From Minisyncoccia bacterium (GTDB taxonomy: Bacteria > Patescibacteriota > Minisyncoccia > UBA6257 > JAAZHW01): 64,000 nt of DNA. Numbering within the stretch: the first letter of the stretch is position 1; each line of letters opens with the position of its first letter. Below are positions 9,177 to 18,773 of the stretch, piece by piece. The position numbers were made by a program, and so were the translations under genes. Under the pieces are notes generated by a model. That model was not told the DNA's origin, made no database searches, and saw only the letters and a list, made by a program, of their open reading frames with translations. The stretch is taken from positions 3,784 to 67,783 of the forward strand of contig JBNASH010000033.1 of NCBI GenBank assembly GCA_049720475.1, written 5' to 3'.

Positions 9177-10892
9177 CTAAATCGTTTTTTCATCAATTAA
9201 AACTTTGATTCTGTTGGGATTTAAAGGTGTAAACTTTAGGAATTTTGGCCAGATGTCTATTTCTACTTTATTGATAGTTTTATATTGCTTTAAAAATGAT
9301 TCGAGATTATTAACATTTTTTCCTGCCAAATTATTAATGAATTCAGATAAAGAAATTCTGTCACAGAAAACCAAATTAGCAGTAACAGGAAAAGATAAAA
9401 GTTTTTTATCAAAATCAAATCGAGCAGCGCCATAATTGAATTGATAACTAAATAATTCTTTATCCGATAATTGAGAATTGCTTTTTTGGGCTTCATTAAC
9501 AAACAATTTTTTAATATCTTCTTCATTAAATACCAAACTCTTCATCGTAATTTTAGCAGTAGCCTCAAATTGTTCTGCTTTTTCATCTAGTTTTGGATTG
9601 GTTGAAAAACTGACAATTGTAATTTGTTTCGCATCAGGCAAAACAATATCATTAGAAAGCAATTTACTCTTTAACTCTTCTTCCAAAGAAAGAGAAGCAA
9701 TTTCAATTAATTTACTTTTGGCTTGATTAATATCTGATTGACCAACTACTTTTGTTGTTCCTATATAACCACCGGTCATCGGCGAAAGAGATTCAGCATA
9801 AAATTTAGTATAGCGCGGCGTCCCTTCAAAACCAGGAATAGTAAAGGTTGTTGGGCCAATATTATAAGATTCGCCGGCTTGATCAGCGACAACTTCCGCA
9901 TCAATATAAGACGGAACAATTTTTCCATCCTGAATTTTAGCGCCGGGAATTGTTGTTTTGTTTACTAATCTAAAAAGTTTTCCTTCTTTTGATAAAAATC
10001 TTGTTGTTGCCACCAAAACCTGGGGTTCGGAGCTATAAGCATTATAAATTCTTATTGTACCCCTGGCTTTAGCTTGAATAGTTTTTATTTCGGTGGCAGG
10101 AAAGTTTTGAGTAATTGTACGGGAGAATTCAAAAAATTTTACAGGGATTTTAAAATTAGTTTGATCAATCTCGCTAATTCCAGCTGTTGCTAAAACTGGA
10201 ATTTGCTCGGACCAATTATATTTATTAGAAAAAATTCTTACTTCTGCTTTGGCAATAAAATAAATAAGGAAAAAAATGAGGAGAACAAAAACGAAAACGG
10301 AGGCTGACAAAATTTTGATGCCTTTTGTAATTTTAATTTTTGGCTTGAAAGATTTTTCTCTTTTTATTTCTGCTTCATCCAATTCAACGCCGCTGAAATC
10401 TGCTTCGTCAAAATAATCTGTAAAAAATTTTTTCTCAGTATTAATTTTACTCTCCTCACCTTTACCTTTTTTAACCTCAACTTTTTTGGGTTTTTCTGTT
10501 TCTATTTTTTGAATAATTTCTTTAATCTCTGGCAATTCTTCTTCTGATCTCACATCGATTTTCTTTTCAGTTTTTTTTCTTTTTGGTGGCTTAATATCAC
10601 CTAGAAAATTTTTTGTTTTTGGCTTAGGCCTGCTTATTTCTGCCATTTCAATTAATTTCATTCCTGCTTCTTTGGCCATAGCCACAATCTCCTCAACATC
10701 GCTACTAACAAAAAGTTTTTTATCAGCAGCAGCCGCTTCTCTTTTGATCAATTTGAAATTTAACAAAGAATCGGCGATTTTTGCGTTTTGCGGAATAATT
10801 AAAACAACGGTGTCGTTTTTAGAATTAATAATTTTTTCAACGACCTCAGAAACCGATTCAGTTATATCAACATAAATATTTTCTGCTTTCAT
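9177..10892 (-). CDS. Hypothetical bitopic membrane protein. It has an N-terminal cytoplasmic domain, a K/E-rich linker, one TM segment and a ~370 aa extracytoplasmic domain.
   Basis: 571 aa with a single strong TM segment ILSASVFVFVLLIFFLIYFIA near residue 190. No family was recognised. Confidence 0.5.
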   Translation of the reverse strand: MKAENIYVDITESVSEVVEKIINSKNDTVVLIIPQNAKIADSLLNFKLIKREAAAADKKLFVSSDVEEIVAMAKEAGMKLIEMAEISRPKPKTKNFLGDIKPPKRKKTEKKIDVRSEEELPEIKEIIQKIETEKPKKVEVKKGKGEESKINTEKKFFTDYFDEADFSGVELDEAEIKREKSFKPKIKITKGIKILSASVFVFVLLIFFLIYFIAKAEVRIFSNKYNWSEQIPVLATAGISEIDQTNFKIPVKFFEFSRTITQNFPATEIKTIQAKARGTIRIYNAYSSEPQVLVATTRFLSKEGKLFRLVNKTTIPGAKIQDGKIVPSYIDAEVVADQAGESYNIGPTTFTIPGFEGTPRYTKFYAESLSPMTGGYIGTTKVVGQSDINQAKSKLIEIASLSLEEELKSKLLSNDIVLPDAKQITIVSFSTNPKLDEKAEQFEATAKITMKSLVFNEEDIKKLFVNEAQKSNSQLSDKELFSYQFNYGAARFDFDKKLLSFPVTANLVFCDRISLSEFINNLAGKNVNNLESFLKQYKTINKVEIDIWPKFLKFTPLNPNRIKVLIDEKTI

Positions 10893-12157
10893 TTTTTATA
10901 ATTTTTTAATAAATTTTGATTTAACCATTTAATTCGACGTTTTAAAATTTTGTTCATTTCCTCATATTTAGGCTCTGACACAAAAGGATAAACTAAATTA
11001 GGTATAAGGTTAAAAGAGATATTTGCGGCTCTATTATCCTCTACTTCAATTTCCAAATCAGAAAGAAATCTTTCATTATCATAATAAATTATATTAACCG
11101 GCGTTTTAAAAATACTCACAGGCCAATGGTTTTTTTCAAAACTCTCTATTAAACCAGGAAAGTTTTTCAAAAGACCTATTAAATAAAAACCTTCGATTTT
11201 TTCTTTTGGCGATATTTCTTTAGCCGTTAAGTTCACGCCATCCAATAAAATTTTCAATTCCTTATCAAATAATTTTTTTAACCAATTACTTGCATTCTCG
11301 CTTAAATCACCATTCTCATATTTGTTTTTTATTTCTGTGGCGGTTGTCAAAGAAACAGAAAGGTTTTGAGAAATAGCGAGCAATAAATTCTTTTCTCCCC
11401 AATCAAAATATTTGGCTGTGTTTAAATAATCTGTTATCAATCCGGCGCTCGTAATCGTATAACCAATTTCGACAAGAATATTTTTCTCTATATTATTTAT
11501 TAAAGAAAAAGTTTTATCAAAAATCAAATTTTTTTCTCCGATAAAAAGCAGTTCGCCACCCCATTGCTCTAAAACATTCTTTACTGCTTCCCAAAAAAGG
11601 CAGTGCATGTAAACATTCTCAACACAAAAAGAAAATGTTTTGCCGGTAAAACCAAGAGGATTTAAAACTCTTTTATCATCAATGCGAGGATCGCTTAATT
11701 TTGAATGTGCCAAAACCACATCCCATTCAGAAATTTTCATTTTTTGTCCAACAAAAATACGCTCTTTATCATACAAACGCCAAATCAGATTTAAAATGAC
11801 ATTTTCCAATTCTTCGTGATCAATTGCGGTTAAAGGATTGTCCCTAACAACAGAAAGGCGCGTTTTCGTTGATTTAATAAACGGTTGTTCAAAACTGATA
11901 ATCGCTGGTGTTTTTTTGGAAATTTTTTTAATCTCTTTAGTTAAAATTTTCACCAAATCCTCTTCTCCAAATCCCTCATCATTATCACAAAAATAATTTT
12001 TGATTTTTTTAATTTTTATTTTCTTTTTTTCAAAATCTACCAACGCCAAAGCCGCAGCTATTTCTCTCATTCCTCCAAAAAAGCAAAAAACAGGTTTCCA
12101 ATTTTTATGAAATATTTTGAACATCGTAAATTTTCCTCTCTTTATAATTATAATCAA
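10889..12157 (-). CDS. Hypothetical protein, possibly a divergent actin-like ATPase (FtsA/PilM-like).
   Basis: VEIGYTITSAGLI resembles the phosphate-2 motif (hhDhGGGTT) of the actin/Hsp70 fold. LIGLLKNFPGLIESF resembles the adenosine motif. It overlaps the downstream gene by 4 nt. Confidence 0.3.
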   Translation of the reverse strand: MIIIIKRGKFTMFKIFHKNWKPVFCFFGGMREIAAALALVDFEKKKIKIKKIKNYFCDNDEGFGEEDLVKILTKEIKKISKKTPAIISFEQPFIKSTKTRLSVVRDNPLTAIDHEELENVILNLIWRLYDKERIFVGQKMKISEWDVVLAHSKLSDPRIDDKRVLNPLGFTGKTFSFCVENVYMHCLFWEAVKNVLEQWGGELLFIGEKNLIFDKTFSLINNIEKNILVEIGYTITSAGLITDYLNTAKYFDWGEKNLLLAISQNLSVSLTTATEIKNKYENGDLSENASNWLKKLFDKELKILLDGVNLTAKEISPKEKIEGFYLIGLLKNFPGLIESFEKNHWPVSIFKTPVNIIYYDNERFLSDLEIEVEDNRAANISFNLIPNLVYPFVSEPKYEEMNKILKRRIKWLNQNLLKNYKK

Positions 12158-12165
12158 TAAAGCCG

Positions 12166-13929
12166 CTATTCCAAAATCGCTTTAATCCGTCTGACGCCGC
12201 TTGAAACCGCTTCTTCTTTAATTATTTTAAAATGTCCTAGAATACCTGTATTTTGCACGTGGGGTCCACCACAAATTTCTTTTGAATAAGCTTTTGCTGG
12301 ATCACCAATAAAATAAACTTTGACTCGTTCGCCATATTTATCTTCAAAAAGTCCAACAGCACCAATTTCTTTCGCTCTACTTAAACTCATTTCTTCCATA
12401 TAAACCGGCAGGTTCTCTTGTATTTTCTGATTAACTATTTCTTCAACTTTCTTTAATTGCTCTGGGGTAGGCTTTCCCGAATAAGAATAATCAAAACGCA
12501 ACCGCTCTTCATTGATATGACTACCTCTTTGTTTAACTTCCTCACCTAAAACTTCTCTTAAAGCTTTATGCAATAAATGAGTGGCTGTGTGATACTTGAT
12601 AGCTTTTTCAGAATGTTCCGCTAATCCTCCTTTAAACATCCCAGCCGATGCCGTACGTGATAATTCTTGATGTTTTTTAAATTCCTGATTAAAACCATCC
12701 TCGTCAATTTTTACCCCTTTTTCCTTGGCTATCTCTTTAATTAATTCCAAAGGAAAACCATAACTTTGATACAAACCAAAAGCATCCGCGCCACTAATCT
12801 CATTTTTGTTTTGAATAATTTTTTCTAATATATTAAGACCTCTTTCCAGTGTTTTGGTAAATTTTTCTTCTTCGCGAACTAATTGTTCTTCGATAAAATC
12901 CTTATTTTCCTTGATCTCTGAGTAAAAATCGCCATAAATTTCTAAAACAGGGGCAAGTAGTTGAAAAGAAAAAGTTTTTTGAACGCCTAACAATCGCCCA
13001 AACCGAACCGCTCGACGAATTAACCTTCTTAAAATATATCCCCTTTCCACATTCGATGGTTCTAACTTTTCAGCCAGCAAAAAAATAGCTGCTTTTAAAT
13101 GATCGGCAATAATTCTAAATTCTCTTGCATATTCACTATATTTTTTGCCAGTAATTTCCTCGATTTTTTTAATCAATGGTTCAAAAAGCTCGGTTTCAAA
13201 AACTGTTGGCAAACCATTAATGGCAGCAAGCGTTCTTTCTAACCCCATTCCCGTATCAACATTTTTTTGTTTCAAAACTTCATAAGTACCATCGGCTTTG
13301 CGATTATAAGTCATAAAAACATTATTCCAAATTTCTACCCAGTTAGGATTTTTTGGGTCAAAATTTTTTGGCGCTGGCTCATTAGAAATCCAATAAAAAA
13401 TTTCTGAATCAGGACCACAGGGTCCGGTTTCACCAATCGGCCCCCACCAATTATCTTTTTTGCCCAAAAAAGCAATCCGCTCCGCCGGAATACCTGAGCG
13501 GCGCCAGATTTGATAAGATTCCTCATCTTTCGGCGCATCTTCATCGCCACCAAAACAAGTCACCGCCAACCGATTTTTATCTAATGCCAGCCATTGGGGC
13601 GAAGTTAAAAATTCCAGACTCCAACTAAGCGATTCTTCTTTAAAATAATCACCCAAAGACCAATTGCCTAACATTTCAAAAAAAGTTAAATGTGAAGCAT
13701 CGCCCACTTCTTCAATATCATCAGTTCTCAAACATTTTTGAACATCACACAATCGCTTGCCCGCTGGATGCTTTTCACCAAGCAAAAAAGGAATTAAAGG
13801 ATGCATCCCGGCCGTCGTAAAAAGAACACTTGGATCGTTTTCTGGAATTAAAGGAGCCGAGGGTAATCTTTTGTGTCCTCTTTCTTCAAAAAATTTTAAA
13901 AATTTTTCTCGCAATTCATTTCCTCTCAT
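12166..13929 (-). CDS. alaS: Alanyl-tRNA synthetase, compact form. It has the catalytic, tRNA-recognition and editing-core domains but no C-Ala domain.
   Basis: FTTAGM, THLTFFEMLGNWSLGDYFK and GPCGPDSEIFYW identify the catalytic core. HTATHLLH ... CGGPHV are the editing-domain zinc motifs. The protein is ~590 aa, against ~870 aa in E. coli. The ORF-track start at 13947 is 6 codons upstream. Confidence 0.85.
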   Translation of the reverse strand: MRGNELREKFLKFFEERGHKRLPSAPLIPENDPSVLFTTAGMHPLIPFLLGEKHPAGKRLCDVQKCLRTDDIEEVGDASHLTFFEMLGNWSLGDYFKEESLSWSLEFLTSPQWLALDKNRLAVTCFGGDEDAPKDEESYQIWRRSGIPAERIAFLGKKDNWWGPIGETGPCGPDSEIFYWISNEPAPKNFDPKNPNWVEIWNNVFMTYNRKADGTYEVLKQKNVDTGMGLERTLAAINGLPTVFETELFEPLIKKIEEITGKKYSEYAREFRIIADHLKAAIFLLAEKLEPSNVERGYILRRLIRRAVRFGRLLGVQKTFSFQLLAPVLEIYGDFYSEIKENKDFIEEQLVREEEKFTKTLERGLNILEKIIQNKNEISGADAFGLYQSYGFPLELIKEIAKEKGVKIDEDGFNQEFKKHQELSRTASAGMFKGGLAEHSEKAIKYHTATHLLHKALREVLGEEVKQRGSHINEERLRFDYSYSGKPTPEQLKKVEEIVNQKIQENLPVYMEEMSLSRAKEIGAVGLFEDKYGERVKVYFIGDPAKAYSKEICGGPHVQNTGILGHFKIIKEEAVSSGVRRIKAILE

Positions 13930-13957
13930 AATTTTTATTCTAATCATTTTTTTAAAA

Positions 13958-13990
13958 AAGAAAAATCCGCCCTACTGGCGGATTGACTTT
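13958..13990 (-). terminator. Rho-independent terminator for the two-gene operon at 13972..14611.
   Basis: On the minus strand, ATCCGCCAGTAGGGCGGAT is followed by TTTTCTTTTTT. Confidence 0.5.
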
Positions 13991-14376
13991 CTTAGAATTT
14001 CTACTCTTAAAAAGAAATTTCCTTCTTTTCTTTCAGCGATTTCTTCAATTTTTTCTTTTCCGACCGCCTTTTCTAACTCACCTACTTTAACCTCCACAAT
14101 TTGCAAAAATTTCTTTAAGGGCAACAGTTTGAAAACATTTACAGCTTCAACTTTCAATAATACTGGTTTAACTAATCTAACAATTCTGTTTTCTCTTTCT
14201 AAAATTATTTCTCTTCTTCCTCTCTTCTCCATTAATTTAATTAAACTTCTTTCGATTTTCTCTTCTTCTTTTTCTATGTGAGCCTTTTTTCTCCGCAGCT
14301 CCACTAGCTGCCTCCCTAATTTTTCCAACCGATGGTTTCTATTTTTTCTCATTTTGCCTCCTTTCAATCTTTTCAA
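13972..14376 (-). CDS. Hypothetical basic, coiled-coil-rich protein.
   Basis: 134 aa, K/R/E-rich, with no TM segment. It overlaps the upstream ORF. Confidence 0.45.
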   Translation of the reverse strand: MKRLKGGKMRKNRNHRLEKLGRQLVELRRKKAHIEKEEEKIERSLIKLMEKRGRREIILERENRIVRLVKPVLLKVEAVNVFKLLPLKKFLQIVEVKVGELEKAVGKEKIEEIAERKEGNFFLRVEILRKSIRQ

Positions 14377-14611
14377 TAAAATCTCTTAAAACAAAAAATC
14401 GGCGTTTTTTTAGTTCATCCTGCCTCTGCTTCAAATTAGCAATTTTTTCATTGATTTCGTATAAATCCTGCATCCATCGCAACCGACTCAACTCTGCCCC
14501 CCAAAATTCCTGTTTGCTCAATAAACTTCTTTGTAGTTCCAATCTTTGCACCTCAGTTTCCAAAAAAGCAATCTCTCTACTGAGTAACAAAATAATTTCT
14601 CTTTCACTCAT
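14339..14611 (-). CDS. Hypothetical small coiled-coil protein.
   Basis: A 90 aa ORF preceded by a canonical SD (AAGGAGGT, 9-nt spacer) and a near-consensus promoter. Confidence 0.45.
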   Translation of the reverse strand: MSEREIILLLSREIAFLETEVQRLELQRSLLSKQEFWGAELSRLRWMQDLYEINEKIANLKQRQDELKKRRFFVLRDFIEKIERRQNEKK

Positions 14612-14656
14612 TTTATAAAACCTCCTTTATTAAATTTTTAATTTTTGCTAACTTTA

Positions 14657-14684
14657 ATATTACAATTTTTTATTTATTTGTCAA
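14657..14684 (-). promoter_or_regulatory. Near-consensus sigma70 promoter (TTGACA, 16 nt, TAATAT) for the small two-gene operon.
   Basis: The minus-strand sequence is cgTTGACAaataaataaaaaattgTAATATtaaag. Confidence 0.45.
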
Positions 14685-14715
14685 CGATTACTTCCTATCT
14701 TGCTTTTAATAATTT

Positions 14716-16023
14716 TTACCAATTGAAAATCAATTTAATGGTTCTCATTATAATTGCCAAATCAAACCAAAAAGATTGATTGCGAATATAATACAAATCA
14801 TATTCAAATTTTTTTAATTCATCTTCCAAACAAGCGGCATAACGATAATTTAATTGCGCCCAACCAGCCAAACCAGGCTTGATTAAATTTCTCAAATAAT
14901 AAATTGGCTTTTCTTTCACGCATAAATCAAAAAGTTCTTTTTCAATCGGCCGCGGCCCAACAAAAGACATTTCTCCTTTCAAAATATTAACTAACTGCGG
15001 TAATTCATCTAAATGCGTCTTTCTCAAAAATTTTCCCACCCTCGTAATTCTTTCATCATTCTCTTTTGACCATCGCGATGAATTAGAAACATTTTGATAC
15101 ATTGAACGAAACTTATAAATTTTAAACAACTTGCCATTTTGGCCAACACGCCAAGAAGAATAAAAAATTGGCCCCGCAGAATCAATTTTTATTGCCAAAA
15201 TAATCAAAGGCCAAAACGGCAAACTCACAACTAAAAAAATCAACGCCAAAATAAAATCGCAAACATCTTTAATAAAAAGATTAATTTTTTGATGATAGAG
15301 ATTAAAGTAATCCAAAAACCAATTTTCATCAACAAAATTTAATGGCACGCACTTAAAAATCAACGAATAAAAATCAGCCGTATCATAAATCTCAACTTTT
15401 TTAAACATCATCTTTAAAAGCACGTCCTTTAATTCTTTCTGAGAAGATAAATTATCAACCACAATCACTTTAATGCCATCTTTTTCAAACATTCTTTCCA
15501 CATCTTCCTTTTTTATGCCATCAATTTTTTCAATATGTGTTATAAGTTTATAACCCAATTGAGGTGATTCTTCTAAGTGTTTTTTGATTTCCTTTATTTC
15601 TTCGCTTTCGCCGATTAATAAAGTTTTATAAACCAGATGTCGAGAGAAAACCGAATAAAAAACTAGCCGCCAAACCAAAACAAAAACAGAAGAAAAAACA
15701 ATAATCAAGATTAAATTGGTTTTTGGCGTAATGATGGGGTAAAGATAAAAAATGATAATGGCTAAAACAACATTAATGATCTGTAATTTTGTTAAAGAAG
15801 ATATTATTTTTTTTCTTTCCCTAAAATTTATTAACTCATAAAAATGTCCTATGTAAAAAATAAAAATCCAAACTAAAAAAATTATGGAAAAAAGCTTCAA
15901 GTGAATAATTAAATAATCAGCGCTTAAATTTCTAATAATCGCCATTAAATAAAGTGAAAAATAAAAACAGATGATGTCGCCTATCACCAAAATAATTTTT
16001 CTAATTTTTTCCGCGAAAGACAT
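14716..16023 (-). CDS. Polyprenyl-phosphate sugar phosphotransferase (WbaP/WecA-like bacterial sugar transferase).
   Basis: N-terminal TM segments are followed by the C-terminal motifs DELPQLVNILKGEMSFVGPRP of the bacterial sugar transferase family. Confidence 0.8.
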   Translation of the reverse strand: MSFAEKIRKIILVIGDIICFYFSLYLMAIIRNLSADYLIIHLKLFSIIFLVWIFIFYIGHFYELINFRERKKIISSLTKLQIINVVLAIIIFYLYPIITPKTNLILIIVFSSVFVLVWRLVFYSVFSRHLVYKTLLIGESEEIKEIKKHLEESPQLGYKLITHIEKIDGIKKEDVERMFEKDGIKVIVVDNLSSQKELKDVLLKMMFKKVEIYDTADFYSLIFKCVPLNFVDENWFLDYFNLYHQKINLFIKDVCDFILALIFLVVSLPFWPLIILAIKIDSAGPIFYSSWRVGQNGKLFKIYKFRSMYQNVSNSSRWSKENDERITRVGKFLRKTHLDELPQLVNILKGEMSFVGPRPIEKELFDLCVKEKPIYYLRNLIKPGLAGWAQLNYRYAACLEDELKKFEYDLYYIRNQSFWFDLAIIMRTIKLIFNW

Positions 16024-16034
16024 ATTCGTCTTTA

Positions 16035-16940
16035 TTATCGCCTATTTTTTCTCTTTTGCAAAAACAAATACCAATCGTAAAGCAACGGACTAGCAATAAA
16101 AATAGACGAATAAGTGCCAAAGAAAGTGCCAATTAAAAGAACGAGGGTAAAATAAAAAAGATTGCTGAGACCAAAAATTAAAAGCGCTATAAGAACCAAG
16201 ATTAAAGTTGCAGAGGTTAAAATGGAACGGCGCATTGTTTCATTTATACTTTCGTTAATGACTTGCCCAAAATCTAAACCAGGATGAGTTCTTAATTTTT
16301 CACGAATCCGATCAAAAACAACAATGGTATCATGAACCGAAAAACCCAAAACAACAAGCAAAGCAACAATAAAATTCGAATCTATTTCCACTCCCTTTAA
16401 AAAACCTAAAAGAGCAAATAATCCAGCCGGAATACTAATATCATGAATTAAAGCTAAAATAGCAGTCACCCCATATCGCCATGAAGCCATTGGCCTTGAA
16501 ACCTGACGAAAAGCCCAAGCAAGATAAAGAATGATCAAGATGATGACTAAAATAATAGCGGTGATTGATTTATTTCTTAATTCCTTTCCAATGGTTGGAC
16601 CAAAAGAATCAAATCTCATTTCTTCAATTTTGGGATAGTGCTGTTTGATTTGAGAAAGAATTAATTGATGATTTTCTTCAGAAACATCATTTGAACGAAT
16701 TGTTAGTCCGTCATTTCCATTTGGAGAAATAGAAACAAATTGATAACCATATTGCTTATAAATATCTTCGATTACTTTATATTCTATTTGGGTGTTGTTC
16801 AATTTTAATTCTAAAAGTGAACCGCCCACAAAATCCATACCGGGCTTTAAACCAAAAACAATCAAAAATACCCAAGACGCTAATACTAAAATAGCAGATA
16901 TTCCATAAGCAATTTTTCTTTTTTGAACAAAATTAATCAT
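16035..16940 (-). CDS. secF: Protein translocase subunit SecF.
   Basis: ...GMDFVGGSLLELK... with multiple TM segments, directly downstream of secD. Confidence 0.9.
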   Translation of the reverse strand: MINFVQKRKIAYGISAILVLASWVFLIVFGLKPGMDFVGGSLLELKLNNTQIEYKVIEDIYKQYGYQFVSISPNGNDGLTIRSNDVSEENHQLILSQIKQHYPKIEEMRFDSFGPTIGKELRNKSITAIILVIILIILYLAWAFRQVSRPMASWRYGVTAILALIHDISIPAGLFALLGFLKGVEIDSNFIVALLVVLGFSVHDTIVVFDRIREKLRTHPGLDFGQVINESINETMRRSILTSATLILVLIALLIFGLSNLFYFTLVLLIGTFFGTYSSIFIASPLLYDWYLFLQKRKNRR

Positions 16941-16945
16941 AATTT

Positions 16946-18241
16946 TTATTTAATAAAAACTCTCAAAAAAGACCGCGTTAAAACCACAGCTGAAAACATA
17001 CTCACCAAAACACCTATCAACAAAGTTAAAGCAAATCCTTTAATCATTGAACTGGTAAAATTATAAAGCACTAAACAAGTAATAATAGAAGATATATTGG
17101 AATCACGAATTGAAGGCCAAGCGCGACGAAAACCTTCTATTAAAGCGCGCTTTTTCTCCAAACCGCGTTTTATTTCTTCTTTATATCTTTCAAAAATTAA
17201 AATATTAGCATCAACCGCCATTCCAACCGACAAAATAAAACCAGCAATGCCGGATAATGTTAAAGTAACGGGTATTATTTTAAAGATAGAGAGATTAATA
17301 ATTGTATAGATAATTAAAGCCAAAGAGGCAACAAAACCAAGAAAGCCATACATTAAAATCATAAAAGCAATCACAACCAGCAAACCAATCAAGCCGGCTT
17401 TAATGCTAAGTTTTAAAAAGAATTCTCCTTGGAGAGCGCCCACTGATTGTTGAGAAATGAGTTTAATCGGTACTGGCAAAGCGCCAGCGTTTAAATTTTC
17501 AACCAGTTTTTTCGCCTCCTCAGCCGTGAATTTACCGGTAATCTGAGCCTGACCAGAACTAATTTCTTCCTGAACTACCGGCAAAGAAATTGGTTGACCA
17601 TCTAAATAAATCGCTAAAATTTTTCCTACATTCTTTTTGGTTAATTCGGCAAAAATTTTTGCGCCTTCATCATTAAATTCTAAACTCACCATTGGTTCAT
17701 AAGTGCGTGGATTGAAATCTAAACGAGCTGCCTTTAAATATTTACCCGTCAATAAAGGTTGCGATGGCACAAAATAAGGATCAACAAAAGCGTAATCAGG
17801 ATTTTTATTTTTTTGTTCCTCTAAAATTTTTTCTGTTTCTTCCTTTGGCCGCTCTTCGCGAAATTCTAAGTAGGGCGTTTCTCCGATCATTTGAATAGCC
17901 GAGGCAATATCTTTAACGCCGGCTAACTCAACATTTAAACGATAATCATTACCCACTTTGACCACTTCCACTCGCGGTTCACTCACTCCAAATAAATTAA
18001 CCCTTCGCTCAATAACATCGCGCAAACCATTCATTGCCGAATCACGATCTTTCGCTTCAACCTGCGATAAATCAGCCTCATAAATTAAACGCGTGCCCCC
18101 GCTTAAATCCAAACCTAAACGATACGGTTTTTTAAACCAATTGGGTAAAAAATTAAATTGGCCATAAGCAAATAGGCCACCAATAATTGCTAAAATTAAA
18201 ATGATAATAACAAAAATTAAATTCTTCGAATGTTCATTCAT
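16946..18241 (-). CDS. secD: Protein translocase subunit SecD.
   Basis: ...LGLDLSGGTRLIYEADL... with 6 C-terminal TM segments. Confidence 0.9.
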   Translation of the reverse strand: MNEHSKNLIFVIIILILAIIGGLFAYGQFNFLPNWFKKPYRLGLDLSGGTRLIYEADLSQVEAKDRDSAMNGLRDVIERRVNLFGVSEPRVEVVKVGNDYRLNVELAGVKDIASAIQMIGETPYLEFREERPKEETEKILEEQKNKNPDYAFVDPYFVPSQPLLTGKYLKAARLDFNPRTYEPMVSLEFNDEGAKIFAELTKKNVGKILAIYLDGQPISLPVVQEEISSGQAQITGKFTAEEAKKLVENLNAGALPVPIKLISQQSVGALQGEFFLKLSIKAGLIGLLVVIAFMILMYGFLGFVASLALIIYTIINLSIFKIIPVTLTLSGIAGFILSVGMAVDANILIFERYKEEIKRGLEKKRALIEGFRRAWPSIRDSNISSIITCLVLYNFTSSMIKGFALTLLIGVLVSMFSAVVLTRSFLRVFIK

Positions 18242-18302
18242 GGCAAATTAGTTTTATTCTAATCTAAAATAAATTATTTTCAAGCAATTTTTGTTTTTAT
18301 TG

Positions 18303-18375
18303 TCCCCCCGGCAGGACTCGAACCTGCAACTTTCTGCTTAAAAGGCAGCTACTCTACCAATTGAGTTACGGGGGG
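18303..18375 (-). tRNA. tRNA-Lys (anticodon UUU).
   Basis: The minus-strand sequence CCCCCCGTAACTCAATTGGTAGAGTAGCTGCCTTTTAAGCAGAAAGTTGCAGGTTCGAGTCCTGCCGGGGGGA folds as a cloverleaf. The anticodon loop is CTTTTAA. Confidence 0.8.
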
Positions 18376-18410
18376 ATAAAAAGAACTTATTTAAAAATAA
18401 TAACTTTTTT

Positions 18411-18767
18411 TTAGAAAATTTCAAGAATTTTTGGTAGGAAAACAAGAAAACCGACAATTAAGGCAGTTAAAGAAGCAACTAGCACAGCGGCCGCCACTAA
18501 ATCTTTTGCTACTTTCACAATCGGATTAATTTCCGGCCGCAAATAATCAAAACTTCTTTCCCAAGCAGTATTAATAATTTCCAAAGTCAAAACCAAACCC
18601 ATACTTAAAACAATCATCACCCATTCCAACAAAGAAATTTTAAACAAAATTCCAAGAATACAAACCAAAATAACAATAAAAAGCATCACACGGAAAGAAT
18701 GTCCCTTTATCGCCTCCTTCAAACCATCAAATGCAAAAGAAAAACTTTTTATCAATTTTTGAAACAT
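18411..18767 (-). CDS. dgkA: Diacylglycerol kinase / undecaprenol kinase family (DgkA-like).
   Basis: A 118 aa protein with 3 TM segments. The pattern ...LEWVMIVLSMGLVLTLEIINTAWE... is typical of prokaryotic DAGK. Confidence 0.6.
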   Translation of the reverse strand: MFQKLIKSFSFAFDGLKEAIKGHSFRVMLFIVILVCILGILFKISLLEWVMIVLSMGLVLTLEIINTAWERSFDYLRPEINPIVKVAKDLVAAAVLVASLTALIVGFLVFLPKILEIF

Positions 18768-18773
18768 AATTTT

